In this document: piece by piece, positions 57,263 to 63,219 of the stretch
Numbering within the stretch: position 1 is the stretch's first letter
How the letters are laid out: each line of letters opens with the position of its first letter
DNA from: an uncultured Spirochaetaceae bacterium
GTDB lineage: Bacteria > Spirochaetota > Spirochaetia > SZUA-6 > RPPD01
NCBI GenBank assembly: GCA_964514135.1
Contig: CAZEPL010000001.1
Location: forward strand, 6,930-70,148
Direction of reading: 5' to 3'
DNA length: 63,219 nucleotides
Program-made: the position numbers and the translations under genes
The notes under the pieces: generated by a model
Databases searched by the model: none
What the model was told of the DNA's origin: nothing
Seen by the model: only the letters and a program-made list of their open reading frames with translations

Positions 57263-58267
57263 ATGAGTACCATTGTTTTCCTTATATTTCCGGCACACGG
57301 CCATATCAATCCTACGCTTCCCGTGGTAAGGGAGCTTATATTAAATGGGCACAGAGTCATTTATTACGGTAGTGATGAGCTGAAGGCAAAAATAGTACAC
57401 AGCGGAGCTGAATATAAAAAGTACAATCTGGCGGGGATAGCATTTGACAAATACGGTATCCTGCAAAATCTGTTTGAATTCAGCGCTTTCCTGTTTAAGG
57501 TGGCTTTGAGAATTTGCACGTGCCATCTGACTGAAATAGCCGCGCTTAAAGCGGACTGTATTGTCTATGATTCACTTTGGGCTGCCGGAAAAATAATCGC
57601 ACAAAAGCTGAACATTAACCATGTAAGCTCTGTTCCCATTCTTGTGTGTGACGAGAAAGAGGTTTTATCCGCTTTTACACCATTGTTTATTGTTAGATTT
57701 TTTACCAGGAACATCCGGCATATCTGCACGATGCTCTTATATCGGATGCTTATCTGGTTGCGAACTCACATTTTGCTAAATCTTTTTGACGTTTTCTTAA
57801 ATAAAGCGCCTTTGAACATCGTGTATACTTCCGCTTATTTTCAACCGGATGCGGAATCTTTTGATGAATCATTTTGTTTTGTGGGCCCGAGTATCTCGGA
57901 AAGAAGTGAGATCCATGATTTTCCTCTGGAAAAACTGGCGGGGAAAAAGCTTGTCTATGTATCTTTCGGTACCATTATCAATGATAAGCCGGAGTTTTAC
58001 AAAAACTGTATTGATTTATTTAAAGACAGTGATTTTACAGTCGTTGTCTCTATCGGTAGAAGGATAAAAGCGCAAGATCTGCCTTGTATTCCTGCGAATG
58101 TTATAATAAGTAATCATGTGCCGCAGCTCAAAGTTCTTGAAAAAATCCAACAAGACAAATCGTTTGCGGAGAACGCCTGCACTATCAGTAAAACATTGCG
58201 GAGAGCGGGCGGGTATAAAAAAGCGGCTGTCGAGATTTTAAAGTTTATAGAGAACAGGGGATTATAG
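57263..58267 (+). pseudogene. MGT/UGT-family glycosyltransferase lacking most of the UDP-sugar-binding motif
   Basis: PAHGHINP, YVSFGT, HVPQLKVLEK joined directly to IQQDK...AGGYKKAA; no HGGxNS/PxxxEQ segment. Confidence 0.7.
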
Positions 58268-58268
58268 T

Positions 58269-59552
58269 GTGAGTAAAAAACAAATCGGATTCCGGGAGTT
58301 TATCCGCCAGGTAAAAATAAAACCTGTTTATTGGAAGGACGAGAAGGAGATGCAGCGCACTATGCATAAGCTTCCCGACTTCATAGAAGCCGTACTGCTT
58401 GAGCTCACAAAGGGCCCGCTCACAGTTCAAGAAATAAAAAGTTTCGTAAAGCGGATGAATATTTTAGGTGCCGGTCAGCATAAAAAAGATACTAAAGAGA
58501 GTGAAATTGAGAACGGGCTGGATAAAGCATTAAAGGCGAACCTATTCTTAAATAAGAGCGGCAAAATATCTCTTACACAGCGCGGCCGGAATATGGCAGT
58601 ATATCTTGAAAAAGTTATTTCGCTTTTTATACGCTATGCCCTGTCCGAACGTACGTCCACTTTCTTCACTTTGATTTTGCATATTGTTTTAAGTGTGGTA
58701 AAGGGTCTTTTTGGTCTTTTATCCCTTTCCGCAGGGCTTATTGCCGACGCCATTGATAACACTATGGATACTCTTGCTTCAATTGGTATCTGGGCAGGGT
58801 TAAGATTGAAAAAAGAAAGAGCGGCAGCCCTGCTGATCATCATCATAATGTTTTTCTCTTTAGGTGGCATATTATGTATCGGTATGCAAAAGATCTTTAA
58901 TCCGGGCCCGGTAGAGAATGGCTGGAACGCTTTTATTGTTTCGGCTGTCTGTGGTCTGGTTATGCTCATGTTATCATCTTATCAATATCTTGTGGGTAAA
59001 AGGACAGCCAACTTTGCCATCCTCTGCCAGGCTGTTGACTCAAGGAACCATGTACTTACATCTCTGCTGGTTTGTGTCGGTATCCTTATAACTTTTTTCG
59101 CGCAAAGTCTCGGCGCAGAGTGGCTTTATTATGCTGATGCCGGAGTTTCTTTTATTATAGGATTTTTAATATTAAAAAGTGCAATCGGCTTAATTCAGGA
59201 ATTTACAAAAAAAGCAGAAGAGAAAACGCATATTATCCACTTTATGGGTAAGGGTATTAAGCATACTCAGCAGAGAGCATTGCTATTATGGCTGAAGTCC
59301 AAACCCGCGGATAGGGATTATTCAAAAAAAGAGCTCATGCAATTATTTAAAGGGGATTTCATAGAAAGAATTCCCAGGCTGCTGCAAATCATAAACATCG
59401 ACTTTCATAATATCACTGTAGCTGATTTTAAGGAGCACTTAAAGGAGTTTGTTGAATTGAAGGTGATAAAACATGTGGGCAACAAATATTCCTTAACCGC
59501 CGATTTTAATAAGATTAAATGCAGGAGAATAAGAAGGTTTTTAAAAACTTAA
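58269..59552 (+). CDS. Cation-efflux (CDF) TM domain flanked by soluble winged-helix-like domains
   Basis: LSVVKG..SAGLIADAIDNTMD, DSRNHVLTS, ADAGVSFIIG. Termini end in KISLTQRG and KYSLTAD wing-like motifs. Confidence 0.75.
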   Translation: MSKKQIGFREFIRQVKIKPVYWKDEKEMQRTMHKLPDFIEAVLLELTKGPLTVQEIKSFVKRMNILGAGQHKKDTKESEIENGLDKALKANLFLNKSGKISLTQRGRNMAVYLEKVISLFIRYALSERTSTFFTLILHIVLSVVKGLFGLLSLSAGLIADAIDNTMDTLASIGIWAGLRLKKERAAALLIIIIMFFSLGGILCIGMQKIFNPGPVENGWNAFIVSAVCGLVMLMLSSYQYLVGKRTANFAILCQAVDSRNHVLTSLLVCVGILITFFAQSLGAEWLYYADAGVSFIIGFLILKSAIGLIQEFTKKAEEKTHIIHFMGKGIKHTQQRALLLWLKSKPADRDYSKKELMQLFKGDFIERIPRLLQIINIDFHNITVADFKEHLKEFVELKVIKHVGNKYSLTADFNKIKCRRIRRFLKT

Positions 59553-59674
59553 GTAAAGCTGTCAAATTATTTTATCATAAGCTTACGGGAGCCAGAGTTA
59601 TTTCTATTGAGGGAGTTGCATAAATGTGTATTGTGTGAGACTTTCGATAGAGGAAAAATGTAAAGGGGATACAT

Positions 59675-60217
59675 ATGAAATGGATAATTAAACTAAGTAA
59701 AGCGCGTTTCATAATAATGTTTTTTATTATATTTATCGCCTGTCAGGCACTGTTTATGCTTATCCAGCCTGAATTTCTTAAACAAGCAGGAGTGCCGAGC
59801 TCTCTGGATTTACAACCCGGTTTTTCATATAAAACCGCCTATACTCAAATTGCTCAATACGGAGAGGAGGGAATACGTTTTTACAATTATTTTCAGATTG
59901 TTGATATAATATTCCCATTGTGCTACGGATTGCTTTTTTCTTCTATTATAACTCTCATTCAGCGGAAAGCATTCGAGAAATACAACCGGCTTTTATTGCT
60001 TAATATACTCCCCTTGGCCGGGGCTTTGTTTGACCTGTTGGAGAATTTCGGTATATTTGGCATGATACGCATATATCCGGCGGATTTTGAGACACTTGCC
60101 TGTTTGACGAGTGTCTCAGGGATTATTAAATTCGCTTTAATCGCTATCAGTTTGCTGCTCATAGTAAGCGGTATAATATATTTCATCATAGCCTGTGCAG
60201 GAAAAAACAAAGCATAA
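59675..60217 (+). CDS. Hypothetical four-TM membrane protein
   Basis: Hydrophobic segments; DIIFPLCYG and FDLLEN motifs. Confidence 0.7.
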   Translation: MKWIIKLSKARFIIMFFIIFIACQALFMLIQPEFLKQAGVPSSLDLQPGFSYKTAYTQIAQYGEEGIRFYNYFQIVDIIFPLCYGLLFSSIITLIQRKAFEKYNRLLLLNILPLAGALFDLLENFGIFGMIRIYPADFETLACLTSVSGIIKFALIAISLLLIVSGIIYFIIACAGKNKA

Positions 60218-60221
60218 TCGG

Positions 60222-61643
60222 TTATTCTTGCTTGATATCCTTTTCCAGAATTATCTGTTTGTTTTCATTTATAAGGGTATCGGTAAATCGCAGCCACTCA
60301 ATATAGCTTTTTATTAATTCAATAATAGCCGTTAGTCGAGACTGGTTTATGGTATCGAGGGTTTTGTAGGCATTAAGCACATCGTCTAAACCGGATCTTC
60401 CCTGGTTGTATTGTATCTCTTCTTCTCTGACTATTAAACGCGCCGTATTGAGCTTCTGCTCCGCCAGGTTAAGCTGTTTTTTAAAAAAGGCAATGCTATC
60501 ATGCAGAACGTTTAACTGCAGGTTTAATTCCTGCTTTTGGTTGGTTTGCGACAATAATGATTTTTCAAGCACATTTTTCTGTATCTTTACCTTTGCCTTT
60601 GCCTCGGTGTTTAAAAGAGGCATGCTGAAGGAGAAACCCAACTCAATATCATTGGCTTGGTTTTCCAAAGGAAGATACTCGTCTCCGCTTAAGGTATATG
60701 CCGCGTATACCGTTGCAGTGGGCAGGAGGTCGTCAAGGGCCAGATCAAGCTCATGTTTGCTGATTGTTGTTAAGAGTTCCAGCATTCTTACGGTTCTGCT
60801 ATTGCTTAAAAAATGATTATTCTTTTCTTCCATATTTATCTCGTCCAGAGATAAAGTAATGTCACCCGGAATATAACTAAATTCTTCAGGCGCCATACCG
60901 CTGAGCATGGCCGCTCTTTTACGTAATGACTCATATATTCTCCGGGCTTTAAGCAGTTGCTCCTCGTTACTTAAAACCTGTAACGTGCTTTTGTTCACAT
61001 CTATGGGCAGGGCGATATTATACTGCCGTTTACGTTTGGTGAGGTTAAGCAGTGTGGTGCTGTCCTGTAATGATTTTTGCGCATACTTTACATTTTCATA
61101 AGCTGCATACCAGTCAATATAAATATTTAAAAGTTGGGCCAGATATTCTTCGTATGCCTCTAATATTTGATATGTTGCCAGTGTTGTTTCATAGCCTGCC
61201 ATTATCGCTAATAAACGGTTTGTGCTCCCAAAAGCGTTATTAAGAACGGACTGCTCCACCTTTAGAGAAATACTGGAATTAGGCGAGCTCCCGGTCATGG
61301 AAGGGGATCTTCCCGTATCGTATTCTGCCGAGAGCGTTGTTCCGGAAGCGGGAAACAGACCTGAGAGTGCAATGCTTGCCGCAGGGTAGCTGTCCCGGTT
61401 GGGGTCCAGGGCCAATGTATAATGTGCGTCGGTATTTAATAAAACACGTATTTGAGGGGTGCTTAAGATGTTATTATATTTTAAAGACAGCTCTTCAATT
61501 AATATTTCTTCAAATGTACTGTGTCTGCAAACAAGTTGAATAAAAGCAGTAAGCTCCAATACCGTATCTTGCTGTGCTTCTTGTGCAGAACCAACAGCAC
61601 ATATGAGGGAAATCATAATGCAGATAAAAAAAAGCTGTTTCAT
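60222..61643 (-). CDS. TolC-family outer-membrane efflux protein
   Basis: Signal peptide; two alternating helix/strand repeats; YNQGRSGLDDVL; adjacent to the RND permease. Confidence 0.8.
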   Translation of the reverse strand: MKQLFFICIMISLICAVGSAQEAQQDTVLELTAFIQLVCRHSTFEEILIEELSLKYNNILSTPQIRVLLNTDAHYTLALDPNRDSYPAASIALSGLFPASGTTLSAEYDTGRSPSMTGSSPNSSISLKVEQSVLNNAFGSTNRLLAIMAGYETTLATYQILEAYEEYLAQLLNIYIDWYAAYENVKYAQKSLQDSTTLLNLTKRKRQYNIALPIDVNKSTLQVLSNEEQLLKARRIYESLRKRAAMLSGMAPEEFSYIPGDITLSLDEINMEEKNNHFLSNSRTVRMLELLTTISKHELDLALDDLLPTATVYAAYTLSGDEYLPLENQANDIELGFSFSMPLLNTEAKAKVKIQKNVLEKSLLSQTNQKQELNLQLNVLHDSIAFFKKQLNLAEQKLNTARLIVREEEIQYNQGRSGLDDVLNAYKTLDTINQSRLTAIIELIKSYIEWLRFTDTLINENKQIILEKDIKQE

Positions 61644-61644
61644 A

Positions 61645-63219
61645 TTATTTTCCTTCCTTTTTTTTAGTACGGAGTCCGAATTCTTTTATACTGCAGTAAA
61701 TTGCCGGTACCAGGACAAGCGTAATTACCGTGCCGAAGATAAGTCCCCAGGCCATTGTAAGCATCATTTCCGATAACATGGAATCGTATCCGAAAACACC
61801 GTACGCGGTGGGCAGTAATCCCGCCACAGTGGTGATAGTGGTAAGCAGTACGGCTCTTAGTCTTGTTTTTGTTATATTGGCTACTTTTATAATCGGTGTG
61901 GAACCGTGATCCGGATTATGGTATTCTTTTTCAAGTTTATCCAAGAGAACTATGGAATCATTTACAACCACACCTGCCAAACCCAGTGCCCCGACTGCGG
62001 AAAAGAATCCGTATATGAATATACCGTGGATCTGTAAGGCAAAAATAATTCCTACACAACCGAAAGGTATGGCGAAGAGTATTATGAATGGCTTATAAAC
62101 CGAGTTTAAGCTCAGGGCCAGAATAACATAAATTAAAAGCACGGCGATAATAATGGCGTATTCAAAATCGCTTCCCGCTTCTCTTGAGTCGGCTATTTCC
62201 CCTCCGAAAGAAACCTCTGTAGTGGGATATTTTTGCATGAGCCCCCCAAAAAGATTTTTCTCGAGATAATCTGCAATCTCCAGCGGAGTCATGGTTTCCG
62301 GTAATTCCAGCATTTCAAGCGCAGCTGCCGCAGTATGAGCTTCGGAAGCTCTATTTTCTGCTTCCGATGTGGATTGATCAGCAGGCCGTGTAGTACCTTC
62401 TGAAGCGGACCCCGTTGTCTGAGCAACCGGCTGCACAGGCGGTCTATCCTCTGTATCTGCGGCAGCCAGGTCCGCATATACATGGAGCACGCGTTTACTG
62501 TCCAGTTTGGGGATGGTATTGGGAGTTGTGTTTTTTGTTAGCGTTACCAGTTTATATAATGGAATAAGATAGTTCTGTTTATTTTGAACAGGTATTGCCA
62601 GAACGGAGTCGATATTTTTCTTTAAGCCGTCGTCAATCGTAAGCATGACCTGAATTTCTTTATCATTCATGATTATATCATATACGTTGTTACCGGATAA
62701 TATGGTTCGCAGGCTTGAGGCTAAGGTGCTGATGCTGACACCCAGCCTTTCGGCCAGGTTTCTATCTATAGAGATAACGTTTTGCGGAAATACCAATTCC
62801 GCTTCTATCTCCTGATTTTTAAGCGACGGCATTCTTTGCAGGAAGCTTAAGATTTCTTGCGCTACATTATTTCGTATACTGTCATTCGATTCCTGAATAA
62901 TAATATCTATGGCACTGCCGCTGGCCTGACCGAAGCGTGGCGCGGCAAAACTCAAATTCATAAATCCCGAAAGCTCGCCAAGCTTTTGTTCCCATTCCTT
63001 AATAAGCTCGGAATTGGACTGCTTGCGTTTGTCTCTGCTCACAAGGTCGATCGACATGTTAAACTCATTTTCTTTAACCGCACCGCCGCGCCGGCTGCGG
63101 GCGATACTTGAGCTGAAAGCCACAATCTCTTTATCCAGATATGGTATAAAAATATCTTCCACCTGGCGCATCAATTTTTCCGTTTCAAACTTTAAGGTGC
63201 CGGGAGGAGCCGCCCCGAT
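61645..63219 (-). CDS. AcrB-family RND efflux permease (5' part lies outside the window)
   Basis: GVVVNDSI, TRLRAVLLTTITTVAGLLP, TLVLVPAIY. The frame is open to the window edge. Confidence 0.92.
   Translation of the reverse strand: MGAAPPGTLKFETEKLMRQVEDIFIPYLDKEIVAFSSSIARSRRGGAVKENEFNMSIDLVSRDKRKQSNSELIKEWEQKLGELSGFMNLSFAAPRFGQASGSAIDIIIQESNDSIRNNVAQEILSFLQRMPSLKNQEIEAELVFPQNVISIDRNLAERLGVSISTLASSLRTILSGNNVYDIIMNDKEIQVMLTIDDGLKKNIDSVLAIPVQNKQNYLIPLYKLVTLTKNTTPNTIPKLDSKRVLHVYADLAAADTEDRPPVQPVAQTTGSASEGTTRPADQSTSEAENRASEAHTAAAALEMLELPETMTPLEIADYLEKNLFGGLMQKYPTTEVSFGGEIADSREAGSDFEYAIIIAVLLIYVILALSLNSVYKPFIILFAIPFGCVGIIFALQIHGIFIYGFFSAVGALGLAGVVVNDSIVLLDKLEKEYHNPDHGSTPIIKVANITKTRLRAVLLTTITTVAGLLPTAYGVFGYDSMLSEMMLTMAWGLIFGTVITLVLVPAIYCSIKEFGLRTKKKEGK

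Noticed and set aside
1-63219. CRISPR array, rRNA, tRNA, prophage, IS element
   Set aside because: No regularly spaced repeats, RNA gene signatures, or phage/transposase motifs found on inspection.

Overview
A 63-kb accessory-rich stretch of a low-GC bacterial chromosome, probably a free-living spirochaete. This is inferred from a lipoprotein-type FliL, Treponema-like small beta-barrel OMPs and a Treponema-like XRE HTH. No rRNA, tRNA, CRISPR array, integrase or transposase was seen. Content: several transport/efflux operons (ABC-2, MMPL/LolA-like, HlyD-ABC, RND-TolC), signalling proteins (HTH-PAS-HD-GYP, LytTR, 7TM-PAS-RsbW-like, FHA-GGDEF), housekeeping-type genes (arfB, CoA-disulfide reductase, RRM protein, MscS), a 1,792-aa orphan and about ten decayed genes, many with clean internal deletions. 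Top candidate system (44.2-48.4 kb): an ECF sigma factor, a single-pass anti-sigma factor, an exported caspase-like protease with an intact His/Cys dyad fused to glycine-rich surface repeats, and a small beta-barrel OMP. The same promoter-like motif, GGT[A/G]AC-N16-GGTGTTA, lies upstream of both the sigma gene and the OMP gene, and an R-x-K-G motif is shared by the protease and the anti-sigma. Second pattern (6-11.7 kb): three consecutive TA/ATPase cassettes, each followed by a diverged second copy of the upstream host gene's 3' end or terminator, with no recombinase nearby. All domain calls come from motif recognition by eye, not from database searches.
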